From NCBI GenBank assembly GCA_963813585.1, contig CAWEZL010000001.1:866791-930790 (forward strand): a DNA stretch of 64,000 nt, read 5' to 3'. Source of the DNA: an uncultured Acidobacteriota bacterium. Its GTDB lineage: Bacteria > Acidobacteriota > Vicinamibacteria > Vicinamibacterales > Fen-181. Below are positions 50,833 through 60,078 of the stretch, piece by piece (position 1 is the first letter of the stretch; every line of letters starts with the position of its first letter). The notes beneath the pieces were generated by a model. It saw only the letters and a program-made list of their open reading frames with translations, did not search any database and was not told where the DNA came from. Made by a program: the position numbers and the translations under genes.

Positions 50833-51504
50833 GTGCGGACGCTGCTGATCGCCTGCCGCACGCTCGAGGGCGAGCTCGACCTGGCCGCGCGCGAGGCAGG
50901 GATCGCCCACCCGGTGCGGTGGATCGAGCCGGGGCTCGACGTGCGGCCGGACGCGCTCCGTTCGAAGCTCCAGGAGGAACTGGACCGGGTGGAAGCGATC
51001 GAGCGGGTGCTCCTGGCGTTCGGGTACTGCGGCCACGCGCTGCTCGGGCTGCGCCCGGCCGGGTTCGAGCTGATCTTCCCCCGCGCCGACGACTGCATCA
51101 GTCTCCTGCTCGGCTCCACCGACCGGCGCGAGGCGATCGCCGGCGAGGCGCCCACCTACTTCCTCACCGAGGGCTGGCTGGATCACGAGTCGAACCTCTG
51201 GACCGACTACCAGCGAGCCGTGGCAACGATGGGGACGGAGCGGGCGCGGCGGGCATTCTCGGTGCTGCTCGGTTCCTACACGCGCCTCGGCGTCATCGAC
51301 ACCGGCGCCTGCCCTCTCGCGCGGTTGACGGAACGGACGCGCGGCATCGCCGCGACGCTCGGCCTCGAGCACGAGGTCATCCCGGGGTCGACCCGCTACC
51401 TGCGGCAGCTGCTTGCCGGGCCGTGGGGGGAGGAGTTCGTTACAATACGTCCCGGCGGCACGGTGACCCTGGACCACCTGCTGCGGCAGGACTCCCCGTC
51501 ATGA
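50833..51504 (+). CDS. DUF1638 domain-containing protein
   Basis: Putative GTG start at 50833. LIACRTLEGEL...VLLAFGYCGHALLGL...PRADDCISLLLGS...YFLTEGWL is typical DUF1638 (recalled from memory). Confidence 0.6.
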   Translation: MRTLLIACRTLEGELDLAAREAGIAHPVRWIEPGLDVRPDALRSKLQEELDRVEAIERVLLAFGYCGHALLGLRPAGFELIFPRADDCISLLLGSTDRREAIAGEAPTYFLTEGWLDHESNLWTDYQRAVATMGTERARRAFSVLLGSYTRLGVIDTGACPLARLTERTRGIAATLGLEHEVIPGSTRYLRQLLAGPWGEEFVTIRPGGTVTLDHLLRQDSPS

Positions 51505-52397
51505 TCCACCGAATCCTCTGCCCGCTGGACCTCTCCGAGTTCTCGAAGCGCGCCTTCGAGCACGGCCTCGTGCTGGCGCGGTGGTACGGCGCGAAGGTGG
51601 TGGCCGTCCACGTCTTCTCGGGCTTCATGCCGCCCGGCGACGAGAGCACCTACCCGGCCTGGCTGCGCCGCGTTCCCGAGGCGCGCGAGGAGATCGACCG
51701 CGAGCTTCGCGAGCAGGTGTCGTCGCCGCTGGCCGAGGGGATGGACGTGCCGTTCGTGCTTCGCGAGGGGGACCCGGTGTCGCAAATCCTGGCCGAGGCC
51801 AAGGCGATGGCGGCCGACCTGGTGGTGATGAGCACGCACGGGCGGAGCGGGTTCGACCGCCTCACGCTCGGGTCGGTGGCCGACAAGGTGCTGCGGAAGT
51901 CGCCCTGCCCGGTGCTGGTCGTACCCGCGCAGCCGGCCGCGCCTGCCGGCCAGTTCCAGGGCTACCGGCGCGTGATCTGCGCCACCGACTTCTCGGAGGA
52001 CTCGGGGCGCGCGCTCGACTTCGCGGTCTCGATTGCCGAGCGCGCCTGTTCCCGCCTCACGCTCGCGCACGTCGTCGAGGTGGCCGAGAACCCCGAGGTC
52101 GTGGAAGGCGAGTCGCCGCTGGCGCTGGTGCGGCGCGAGCGGATCGCGAAGGCGCACGAGCGGCTGCGCGCGCTGGTCGCCGCGCACGAGGGACGGGGGC
52201 CGGCGATCGACGAGACGGTGCGGTTGGGACGGGCGCACAGCGAGCTGCTGGCGCTGGCGAAGGACGTGGACGCGGACCTGCTGGTGCTCGGCGTGCGGGG
52301 GCGCGGCGCGATCGACCTCACGCTGTTCGGCTCGACCACCACCCAGGTCGTTCGCCGCGCGGCCTGCGACGTGCTGACGGTCGCCAGGCCGCGGTAG
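51501..52397 (+). CDS. Tandem-domain universal stress protein (UspA family)
   Basis: ATG 51501 overlaps the upstream stop (ATGA). There are two Usp repeats, each ending with the G-x2-G-x9-GS pattern (HGRSGFDRLTLGSVADKVLR; GVRGRGAIDLTLFGSTTTQVVR). Confidence 0.85.
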   Translation: MIHRILCPLDLSEFSKRAFEHGLVLARWYGAKVVAVHVFSGFMPPGDESTYPAWLRRVPEAREEIDRELREQVSSPLAEGMDVPFVLREGDPVSQILAEAKAMAADLVVMSTHGRSGFDRLTLGSVADKVLRKSPCPVLVVPAQPAAPAGQFQGYRRVICATDFSEDSGRALDFAVSIAERACSRLTLAHVVEVAENPEVVEGESPLALVRRERIAKAHERLRALVAAHEGRGPAIDETVRLGRAHSELLALAKDVDADLLVLGVRGRGAIDLTLFGSTTTQVVRRAACDVLTVARPR

Positions 52398-52445
52398 CGC
52401 TGGCACGGACGCCGGCGCTACTGTCCGCCGGCAGGGAAACCTGCG

Positions 52446-53597
52446 CTACTGGCGTCGCGCCACGGCGTTCAGCGCCGCGACGGCCGCGAAGTTCGCGGCG
52501 GCGAGCACGAACACCACGCGCAGCCCCGCCCACGCCGCCAGGTGGCCCGCCAGCCACGGCATCGTCATCCCGCCGGTCAGCGCCACGGTGAAGAGGATCC
52601 CGAAGACGGTGCCCGAGTGCTCCGGGAACCGGGCGCCGGCCACGCCCAGCACGGTCGGGAAGATCCCGGCCAGGGCGAGCCCGGTGAGGACGATGCCCGC
52701 CGTGGCGAGCAGGAGCGAGGGGGCGAGGGCGACCGCGATCGCGCCGGCGAGGGCCAGCAGGGCGCCCGCCATCACCGTGGTGTGGGCGCCCACTCGTGCA
52801 AGGAGCCCGCGGCTCAACACCAGCCGCGCGACCAGAATCGCCGCCCAATACGCCGCCAGGGGGTACGACGCCGATGCCGCCGGCGTCGCAAGCGCCCCGG
52901 TGAGGAAGGTGGCGAAGTAACCGCCGAGCAGGAACTCGTTCCCGGACTCGAAGAACAGCAGGAAGGCCAGCGCCAGCACGACGGGCACCCGCAGGAAGCG
53001 GCGCGCCCGGGCGATTGGCCAGCCTTGTGCCTGCTTTGCCGCGGGGAAGGGAAGCACGAGCGCGGCGAGCGCCGTCGCCAGGCAGAGCACCGCCGCGGCG
53101 AGCAGCAGCGCCGGGAGCCCCACGCGCACGACCAGGATGCCCACCCCGAAGGGCAGCAGCAGTGCGCCGATGCCGTAGAAGACGCCGAGCAGGTTGAGGG
53201 CCGCGCCCTTCGCGTCGGGGTCGTCGTGCAGGTCGGCGACCAGCGTGTTGGCTCCCGCGTTGATCACGCCGCCGCCGAATCCCAGGCAGGCGACCGCGAC
53301 CAGCAGCGCCCCGAACCCGGACACGGCGGCCACCGCCGCCAGCGAGGCACCGACCAACAGGATGCCGATCGCGAGCGGCGCCTTCATCCCGAAGCGGTCC
53401 ATCGACGGCCCGACGAGCAGGCTCGCCACCAGCATCGCGCCGTTCATCGCGAGGAACAGCGTTCCGACGTCGCCGAGCCCGAGCGACAGCCGCCCGGAGA
53501 GGATCGGCATCACGGCGCCGAGCAGCGCCACGACGATCCCGAAGACCATCATTGCCGCCGCGGCGACCGCATCGAGCGCCCGCCGTGGGGTCATCAT
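52446..53597 (-). CDS. MFS transporter
   Basis: 383 aa with about 12 hydrophobic segments and an MFS-like loop (GPSMDRFGMK). The start MMTPRRAL overlaps the stop of the SIS gene (ATGA). Confidence 0.8.
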   Translation of the reverse strand: MMTPRRALDAVAAAAMMVFGIVVALLGAVMPILSGRLSLGLGDVGTLFLAMNGAMLVASLLVGPSMDRFGMKAPLAIGILLVGASLAAVAAVSGFGALLVAVACLGFGGGVINAGANTLVADLHDDPDAKGAALNLLGVFYGIGALLLPFGVGILVVRVGLPALLLAAAVLCLATALAALVLPFPAAKQAQGWPIARARRFLRVPVVLALAFLLFFESGNEFLLGGYFATFLTGALATPAASASYPLAAYWAAILVARLVLSRGLLARVGAHTTVMAGALLALAGAIAVALAPSLLLATAGIVLTGLALAGIFPTVLGVAGARFPEHSGTVFGILFTVALTGGMTMPWLAGHLAAWAGLRVVFVLAAANFAAVAALNAVARRQ

Positions 53598-54364
53598 CGA
53601 ACCGCCGGCCCGGGGCCCCGCTCGAACCAGCGCCGCGCGTACTCGTCGAACACGCGCAGGTTGTGGTCCGCGGCGACCCCCTCGACGTTCGGCGACACGA
53701 AGGTCACGAGGTCGTGCCCCGAGGCGGCCAGGCGCGCCCCGGTCTCGGCCACGAGCGCCATTGCAATCGACACCACCGCGACCGTCGAGCCCGCGCCGAC
53801 CTTCTCGCGCCGCCCGATGTCCACTTGCGCGTCCTCGGGGGCGACGCAGTTGTCGATGGCGATGTCGGCGAGGTCGGGGAGGGCCTTGCCGCTCGAGTGC
53901 GCCCGCGCCGCCGTGCGTGCGTTCTCGAGCGACGACACGCTGACCACCTTCGCGCCCCGCTGCCGCGCGTGGAGCGCCGCCTCGATCCCGGCCGCGTTCA
54001 GGCCGCCGTGCGAGAAGACCACCAGGGCGTCGCCAGGACCGATCGGGTAGCTCTGGAGAAACTGCTCGATGTACCCCTCGCGGCGCTCGATCCACAGCAG
54101 CTCGCGCGCTCCGTTGGGGCCGATGACGTTCGACCACATCAGGCGCGGGTCGTAGAGGGGATAGAAGCCGACGAAGCTGCCGTAGCGCGGGAACACGTCC
54201 ATCACCGGGATGACGGAGTGGCCGCTGCCGAAGAGGTAGACGCGGCCGCCGCCGGCGATGATCGCCGCGAAGAGCGCGCCGGCCTCCTCGATCCGGGCGG
54301 TCTGCGTGGAGCGGATGCGGTCGAGCACGTGGCCGATGGCCTCGAAGTAGCGTGTGGCAGACAT
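53594..54364 (-). CDS. SIS (sugar isomerase) domain protein, UPF0309-like
   Basis: GGRVYLFGSGHSVIPVMDVF...ALVVFSHGGLNAAGIEAAL...GAKVVSVSS matches the SIS-fold family pattern. 256 aa, intact. Confidence 0.75.
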   Translation of the reverse strand: MSATRYFEAIGHVLDRIRSTQTARIEEAGALFAAIIAGGGRVYLFGSGHSVIPVMDVFPRYGSFVGFYPLYDPRLMWSNVIGPNGARELLWIERREGYIEQFLQSYPIGPGDALVVFSHGGLNAAGIEAALHARQRGAKVVSVSSLENARTAARAHSSGKALPDLADIAIDNCVAPEDAQVDIGRREKVGAGSTVAVVSIAMALVAETGARLAASGHDLVTFVSPNVEGVAADHNLRVFDEYARRWFERGPGPAVR

Positions 54365-54366
54365 GG

Positions 54367-55227
54367 TCAGATGCGGTCCAAGGCCAGACGGGCGGCGCCG
54401 AGCAGGCCGGCGTCCTCGCCAAGCCGGGTGAGTTCGATGCGGCAGCGCCGGGCCGCAACCGGCTGCGCCCAGCGGGGGACCTCCGCGCGAACGCGTTCGA
54501 GGAGCAGGTCACCCGCCCCGACGAACAGGCCGCCCCCGAGGACGACGGCCTCGGGATCGAAGGCGCTGATCAGGTTCGCGATCCCCATCGCGGTGAAACG
54601 GGCGGCCCGGTCGAGCGCGGCGATCGCGTTGCGGTCGCCTGCCCGTGCGGCCGACGCCACGGCGCCGGCGTCCGGCAACCCCGCGTGCCGGGCCACGGCG
54701 GGGCCGGCCGCTTCAGCCTCCCAGCAGCCGACCGCCGCGTACTCGTCGTTCCAGTCCGGAGTGAGCGCGAACCAGCCGGCCGCACCCGCAATGCCGCCGG
54801 TGCCGCGCACCACCCGCCCTCCGGACAGGATGCCGACGCCGATGCCGGTGCCGATGGCGACGAAGAGGACGTCGCGGAGCCCGCGTGCGGCGCCCAGCCA
54901 CGCCTCGCCGAGCACGCAGCCGGCGCGGTCGCTGTCGATGAACAGGCCGGTCGCCAGGCGGCCCTCGAGCGCGCGACGCAGCGGCACCTCGTCGCGGCCC
55001 CAGAGGTTGGGACACCAGGCGCCGCCCGTGGCGGGGTTGTAGATGCCGGGGACGATGACGCCGACGGCGTCACAGGGGCCGCCGGCCACCGCCGCCTCGG
55101 CGATCTGGGCGGCGCTGGCATCCAGCGTGCGGGCTGCGGGTAGTGTCAACCGGTCGTGGACGCCGCCGTCTGCGTCCACACGGGCGATCGCCGTCTTGGT
55201 CCCGCCGAGATCGACCGCGAGGACCAA
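54367..55227 (-). CDS. ROK family sugar kinase
   Basis: LVLAVDLGGTKTAIARVD at the N-terminus, plus VLFVAIGTGIGVGILSGGRVVRG and AGWFAL... The start is uncertain: TTG at 55227 lies just after the upstream stop, and the listed ATG at 55314 would overlap the upstream gene by 85 nt. Confidence 0.75.
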   Translation of the reverse strand: MVLAVDLGGTKTAIARVDADGGVHDRLTLPAARTLDASAAQIAEAAVAGGPCDAVGVIVPGIYNPATGGAWCPNLWGRDEVPLRRALEGRLATGLFIDSDRAGCVLGEAWLGAARGLRDVLFVAIGTGIGVGILSGGRVVRGTGGIAGAAGWFALTPDWNDEYAAVGCWEAEAAGPAVARHAGLPDAGAVASAARAGDRNAIAALDRAARFTAMGIANLISAFDPEAVVLGGGLFVGAGDLLLERVRAEVPRWAQPVAARRCRIELTRLGEDAGLLGAARLALDRI

Positions 55228-55229
55228 CC

Positions 55230-55748
55230 CTACTTCTTCTCCGCGTCGGCGGGAGGAGCGGGCGGCGCGACCGGAGGCAGGTCGCTGCTCATCATCTGCA
55301 CTTCGAACAGCCACTGGTTTGCGAACTTGCGGGCGATCCAGAGGTTCTTACCGCGGTAGCGCTCCTCGGCGGCGCCGGCCGGGCTCAGCGTCACCTGGTA
55401 GGTGCCGAACACGTAGGCGAGCGTCCCCTGGCCGTCAAGGTTCAACTGGTCGAAGACGAGTCCGCTCGCGGCGTCCTCGTTCAGCCGGGCCTCGAAGTAG
55501 CTCTTCAGCAGGTCCACGCCCCGCAGCGTGCTCCGGTTCGGCGGCATCAACACCGCGTTGCCCGAGTAGAGGCTTCCGAGCTTCTGGACATCCTTCGCGT
55601 TGTAGGCGGCGGTGAAGTCAGTGACGAGCTGGCGGACCGCGTCCGCGTCCGGCTTGCCGAACTCCTGCGACGTCGCGTGTCCGCCGCCGCACGCTGCCAG
55701 GCCAAGCGCCCCGACGACGACGAGCACGCGCGAAAACCGTATCAACAT
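55230..55748 (-). CDS. Lipoprotein with a SnoaL-like/DUF4440 (NTF2-fold) domain
   Basis: Met 55748 gives MLIRFSRVLVVVGALGLAAC (lipobox LAAC). AVRQLVTDFTAAYNAKDVQKLGSLYSGNAVLMPPN...GKNLWIARKFANQWLF is NTF2-like. Confidence 0.7.
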   Translation of the reverse strand: MLIRFSRVLVVVGALGLAACGGGHATSQEFGKPDADAVRQLVTDFTAAYNAKDVQKLGSLYSGNAVLMPPNRSTLRGVDLLKSYFEARLNEDAASGLVFDQLNLDGQGTLAYVFGTYQVTLSPAGAAEERYRGKNLWIARKFANQWLFEVQMMSSDLPPVAPPAPPADAEKK

Positions 55749-55814
55749 GATGTTGATCCTCCTCAGGGGTCGAACGGAAGGCATAAGTATATGCCCGGGG
55801 TCGCCTCCCGCAGC

Positions 55815-56927
55815 GGGGCATTTTGCACCCTGGGGTCAGGTCTTGCATTTCAGCATTTTGCGCGACCTGACCCCCGTGAGGCGAGGAGGGCCCGGTCCAC
55901 GGTGCAGCGGTGCAGACCCAGGAACTGGGCGACTTCCGGAATGGAATACCCGGCGGCCACGGCGTCGACGATCCGCGCGTCACGCGTGGAATGCGAGAGA
56001 GCCCCGGCGAACAGTCCGTCGAGCGGTGGGCGCTCAAGCCGTTGCAGGCGCGGTACCTCTCGGGCCGCGCGCTCGCGCCACGCCTTGAAACGCGCGACGA
56101 ACGCGTCGTCTCCGAGCACCAGGTCGCGCTTCAACTTGTCCGAGACGCCGGCCGGGGCCCCGACGAACTCGCGGTAGCGCCGGCGCGCGATTCCGACATC
56201 CTCGGCGTCGAGCATTCGCAGGATCCCTTCCGGCGCCAGGAAGGAGGGGCACGGGGCGAGGCCGGCCGTCGCGCGATAGCTGCTCCACTCCCAATCGGCT
56301 GGTGAGGGGACGAGGCGGGCGCGGACGGGGTTCAGCGCATCGTAGCGGCAGACAACGAGCAGGTAGGTGTCGTCCTGCACGATCTGCGCGTTGAAACGCC
56401 CCTGGAAGACGTGCCCCACGCGCTCGTGGCGGTGGTTCCACCATTGGCCGTATACGCCGGTCACGTGCTTGATCGCGCGCGAAAGGTTGCCTTCCGCCGT
56501 CGTGACGACCAGGTGAAGGTGATTGCCCATCAAGCAGAAGGCGTGGCAGACCAGGCCGAACCGCTTCACCGTCAGGGCGAGGATCTCCAAAAACTTCATT
56601 CGATCGCGGTCGTCTCGGAAGATCTCCATCCGCCCGCTTCCGCGCGACGTCACGTGATAGGTGAGTCCTGGGGCCTGGATTCGAAGAGGGCGAGTCACGA
56701 AGAACGGTGCTCAAGATCCGATCCAGTTCAGGAATCCTCGAATCGTTCGGATTTGCACGGCGACTCGCAGACGGCTGGCCAGGAACTGCGATCGTCACCT
56801 CGAGAGACGTGGCAGCCATGGCTAACCCGCCACCCGGGCGGAACGAGCGTGCGGCGGGCTGCGGCACGCTCGAGGCTTACGGAACGGGGCCAGGTGTGCA
56901 AAATGCTGAGATGCAAGACCTGACCCC
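55815..56927 (-). mobile_element. REPtron: RAYT-type Y1 (HUH) transposase gene bracketed by inverted family C REPs
   Basis: REP at 55832-55875 (GGGGTCAGGTCTTGCATTTCAGCATTTTGCGCGACCTGACCCCC). A REP in opposite orientation sits at 56886-56927 (GGGGCCAGGTGTGCAAAATGCTGAGATGCAAGACCTGACCCC). The transposase ORF lies between them. Confidence 0.75.
55850..56698 (-). CDS. REP-associated tyrosine transposase (IS200/IS605-like Y1 HUH domain) with a C-terminal HTH region
   Basis: YHVTSRG...HAFCLMGNHLHLVV (HUH), VFQGRFNAQIV, VCRYDALNPVRARLV (catalytic Tyr box). The C-terminus (ARIVDAVAAGYSIPEVAQFLGLHRCTVDRAL) is HTH-like. The last codons run into the REP. Confidence 0.8.
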   Translation of the reverse strand: MTRPLRIQAPGLTYHVTSRGSGRMEIFRDDRDRMKFLEILALTVKRFGLVCHAFCLMGNHLHLVVTTAEGNLSRAIKHVTGVYGQWWNHRHERVGHVFQGRFNAQIVQDDTYLLVVCRYDALNPVRARLVPSPADWEWSSYRATAGLAPCPSFLAPEGILRMLDAEDVGIARRRYREFVGAPAGVSDKLKRDLVLGDDAFVARFKAWRERAAREVPRLQRLERPPLDGLFAGALSHSTRDARIVDAVAAGYSIPEVAQFLGLHRCTVDRALLASRGSGRAKC

Positions 56928-57041
56928 AAAGGAACAGAGGCGGCACGAAACGTGAACAGCATCCCTCCTACCCTCTCGGCGCCCCGCCGAGGTGGCGCGC
57001 CCTCGCGGCGCGTCCCGTCACGACGACCGAGGAGCACACGG

Positions 57042-57452
57042 ATGCCCGACCCCTCCCCGCGGAAGATGTTCGTGAATCTACCGGTCCGCAACCTCAAGAG
57101 GACAATGGAGTTCTTCACCGCGCTCGGCTTCAAGTTCGACCCGAAGTTCACCGACGAGAACGCGGCCTGCATGGTTGTCAGCGACGAGGCGTACGTCATG
57201 CTGCTGGCCGAACCCTTCTTCCGGACGTTCACCAAGCGCGAGCCCCCTGACACGTCTCGCTACACGGAGGTGTTGCTGGCCCTGTCCTGTGACAGTCGGG
57301 CCGAGGTGGACGACCTGGTCAAGAAGGCGGTGTCGGCGGGCGGCTCGCACGCGATGGACCCCACCGATCACGGCTTCATGTACGGCTGGAGCTTCTACGA
57401 TCCGGACGGCCACCATTGGGAGGTCTTCTGGATGGACCCCTCGGCGCGATGA
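57042..57452 (+). CDS. VOC (glyoxalase/bleomycin-resistance fold) family protein
   Basis: MFVNLPVRNLKRTMEFFTALGFKF...GFMYGWSFYDPDGHHWEVFWMDP is typical of the VOC family. The start could be Met 57042 or Met 57066. Confidence 0.8.
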   Translation: MPDPSPRKMFVNLPVRNLKRTMEFFTALGFKFDPKFTDENAACMVVSDEAYVMLLAEPFFRTFTKREPPDTSRYTEVLLALSCDSRAEVDDLVKKAVSAGGSHAMDPTDHGFMYGWSFYDPDGHHWEVFWMDPSAR

Positions 57453-59221
57453 CGGGCCCGTCAAAGCGGGATCAGGCCGCCCGACCGCGCAACCCCGGAA
57501 TCACCGGCCTGGTGCAGGACGATGACGGTGTATCGGCGAGGGATGTGCTCGAGGCGGCGCCCGACGCGTTGGTGGTGGTGGACGAGGCCGGCTCAATCGT
57601 GAGGGTCAACGCCGCGGCCGAGCAGTTGTTCGGCTACGGGGCGGGCGAGCTGGCGGGGAAGCCCGTCGAGACGCTGGTGCCCGAGGCCTATCGGGCCTCG
57701 CACGTCCACAAGCGGCTGAGCTACAACCACGAGATGCGGCGGCGGCCGATGGGGGCCGGCCCCGAGCTGTACGGACTGCGCCGGGACGGCGGCGAATTCC
57801 CGGTCGAGATCAGCCTCTCGCCGCTCGCAACCACGCGCGGCACGCTGGTCATTGCCGCGATTCGCGACATCTCGGCCCGCAAGCAGGCCGAAGCCGAGCG
57901 CAACCACCTGATCAGGGAACGGGCGCTGTACGCCGAGATCTCGCGCCTGGCCCGGCAGGACGCGCTCACCGGACTGCCGAACCGGATGCTGCTGCTCGAC
58001 CGGGTGGCGGCCGCGATCGCGTCTGCGCAGCGGCGCCAGCACAAGCTCGCGGTCATCTTCATCGACCTCGACCGGTTCAAGCACGTCAACGACTCGCTCG
58101 GCCACGGCGTGGGCGACCGGCTGCTCCGATCGGTGGCCTCGCGCCTGACCGGTGCGGTTCGGGGCAGCGACACCGTGAGCCGGCAGGGGGGCGACGAGTT
58201 CGCCATCCTGCTGCCCGAGGTGCAGCACCGCGAGGAGGTGGCAGTCGCGGCCGGGAAGATCGTGTCCGCGTTCACGCAGCCGTATCGTGTCGGCGAGCAC
58301 GAGCTGTTCGTGACGGCGAGCCTCGGGATCGCCGTGCACGACGAGGACGGCGCCGACGCCGACGCGCTGATCAAGAACGCCGACGTCGCGATGTACCACG
58401 CCAAGGACCGCGGGCGTGACAACTACCAGTTCTTCACGCCCGAGATGAACGCGCGGATCGTCGAGCGGCAGGCGCTCGAGGGGAACCTGCGGCGGGCGCT
58501 CGAGCGGCGCGAGTTCCTCCTGTGCTACCAGCCGAAGGTGGACCTCGAGACCGGCCGGATGATCGGGGCCGAGGCGCTGATCCGGTGGCAGCACCCGATG
58601 CGCGGCCTGCTGCTGCCGCAGCGGTTCGTGCCGGTCGCCGAGGACAGCGGCCTGATCGTGCCGATCGGGCAGTGGGTGCTCCACGAGGCGTGCCGGCAGG
58701 CGCGCGAGTGGCAGGCGGCCGGCCTGGACGCGGTGCCGATCGCCGTGAACATCTCGGCCCTCGAGTTCCGGAGCAAGGGGTTCCTCGAGCGCGTGCGCCA
58801 CACGCTCGACGACACGGGGCTCGACCCGCGGTTCCTCGAGCTCGAGCTGACCGAAAGCGTGCTGATGGAGAGTGTGGACTCGACCGCCGACGTGCTGCGC
58901 GAGCTGAAGGGGATGGGGCTGCGGCTGGCGGTGGACGACTTCGGCACCGGCTACTCGAGCCTGAGCTACCTGATGCAGTTCCCGATCGACGCGCTCAAGG
59001 TGGACCAGTCGTTCGTGCGGGAGATTGCGCCCGAGGACGGCTCGCCGATCATCGCAGCGGTGATCAGCATGGGAAAGAGCCTGAAGCAGCGGGTGATTGC
59101 CGAGGGGGTCGAGACGCCGGCGCAGGCGGCGTTCCTGCGGGCGCAGCACTGCGAGGAGGCCCAGGGGTATCACTTCAGCCGCCCGCTGATGGCCGACCGG
59201 TTCGCGGCGCTGCTGTCGTGA
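57449..59221 (+). CDS. PAS-GGDEF-EAL signalling protein (c-di-GMP turnover)
   Basis: ATG 57449 overlaps the VOC stop (ATGA). PAS region (FGYGAGELAGKPVETLVPE...RRDGGEFPVEISLSPL), RQGGDEFAIL (GGDEF), EALIRW (EAL), DDFGTGYSSL and QGYHFSRP are present. Intact. Confidence 0.9.
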   Translation: MTGPSKRDQAARPRNPGITGLVQDDDGVSARDVLEAAPDALVVVDEAGSIVRVNAAAEQLFGYGAGELAGKPVETLVPEAYRASHVHKRLSYNHEMRRRPMGAGPELYGLRRDGGEFPVEISLSPLATTRGTLVIAAIRDISARKQAEAERNHLIRERALYAEISRLARQDALTGLPNRMLLLDRVAAAIASAQRRQHKLAVIFIDLDRFKHVNDSLGHGVGDRLLRSVASRLTGAVRGSDTVSRQGGDEFAILLPEVQHREEVAVAAGKIVSAFTQPYRVGEHELFVTASLGIAVHDEDGADADALIKNADVAMYHAKDRGRDNYQFFTPEMNARIVERQALEGNLRRALERREFLLCYQPKVDLETGRMIGAEALIRWQHPMRGLLLPQRFVPVAEDSGLIVPIGQWVLHEACRQAREWQAAGLDAVPIAVNISALEFRSKGFLERVRHTLDDTGLDPRFLELELTESVLMESVDSTADVLRELKGMGLRLAVDDFGTGYSSLSYLMQFPIDALKVDQSFVREIAPEDGSPIIAAVISMGKSLKQRVIAEGVETPAQAAFLRAQHCEEAQGYHFSRPLMADRFAALLS

Positions 59222-59227
59222 GCGGGG

Positions 59228-59833
59228 TCAGGCCTGGCCCGGCAGCAGTGTGCTGCAACCCAGGACCTGCCCCCCCAGACACGTGCAGTGGCGGCCGAGG
59301 CGGCAGACAGCCAGGCGATCGGCGCGGAAGGCGAACGGGGCCACGGGGCCCGCGCCGGGGCCGTGGCCGACGGTCACGTGCGGAAGGTACCGGCTGCCCG
59401 CGTGGTTGGCGCGGTAGCCGGTCACCCACGCCACGTCGCGTTCGCGGGCCGGCAGGCCGCCCGGGTCCGGGTGGAAGGCGGCCGTGTCGCCCGGCACCTC
59501 CAGCCCGCGCACGGCGTCCATCAGTGCCACGTGCAACTGCCGCAGTCGGTCATTCTCCTCGAACACCAGCATCGCGGTGTCGGTCCGGTCGTCGAGACCT
59601 GCGACGCGCAGGTCGAGCGCGGCGACGCGCGAGGCGACCCCGCCGACCCGCTGCAGCAGGTCTTCCAGGCGCGCCTCGCCAACGAACAACTGGGCCAGCG
59701 TGATGTGCGGCAGGTGGTCGGCGTCGAGCGTGAGGCCTTCCGGCGTCCCGCCGTCGAGTCGTTCGTTCAGCTCGATCGCCAGCGCGTTCACCTCGTCGGG
59801 CAGCAGCAGCGCGATGTCGATCGCGATTGGCAT
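59228..59833 (-). CDS. 2H phosphoesterase / 2'-5' RNA ligase superfamily protein
   Basis: Two HxT/S-type motifs at the expected spacing (PHITLAQ and PHVTVGH). 201 aa, intact. Confidence 0.65.
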   Translation of the reverse strand: MPIAIDIALLLPDEVNALAIELNERLDGGTPEGLTLDADHLPHITLAQLFVGEARLEDLLQRVGGVASRVAALDLRVAGLDDRTDTAMLVFEENDRLRQLHVALMDAVRGLEVPGDTAAFHPDPGGLPARERDVAWVTGYRANHAGSRYLPHVTVGHGPGAGPVAPFAFRADRLAVCRLGRHCTCLGGQVLGCSTLLPGQA

Positions 59834-59969
59834 CTTCCCTCCGATCCCTCACGCCGCCTGTCCGTTCCGCCTCTCTCTCCTATTTCGTGATTCCCACATG
59901 CTTCATCACCCGGCGACGAGGGACAGCAGGAAGAGGGAGAGTGAGCGCATGGTAGCGCCAGGATACAAC

Positions 59970-60078
59970 TCTTTGCCCACCTGACCCCCGTCTCGCGCGC
60001 AAGTTGGCGCGCGCGGAAGTTGGCACGAGACAGGGCGGGGCCAACTGTGCAGAATGCAGCCATGCCACACCTGACCCC
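59970..60078. repeat. Family C REP pair: a partial forward copy (ctctttgcccacctgaccccc) and a degenerate reverse copy (GGGGCCAACTGTGCAGAATGCAGCCATGCCACACCTGACCCC)
   Basis: 59970-59989 matches the 3' end of the forward REP. 60037-60078 aligns position-by-position with the REP at 56886-56927 at the same length (42 nt). The latter contains the ATG at 60062. Confidence 0.7.

Noticed and set aside
56700-56955. ORFs 56411..56923, 56707..56955 and 56728..56946 between the RAYT gene and the VOC gene
   Set aside because: They are short, mutually overlapping, without RBS or motifs, and they run through the REP (…QNAEMQDLTP… is repeat-encoded). The region is better explained as the RAYT upstream region plus the REP.
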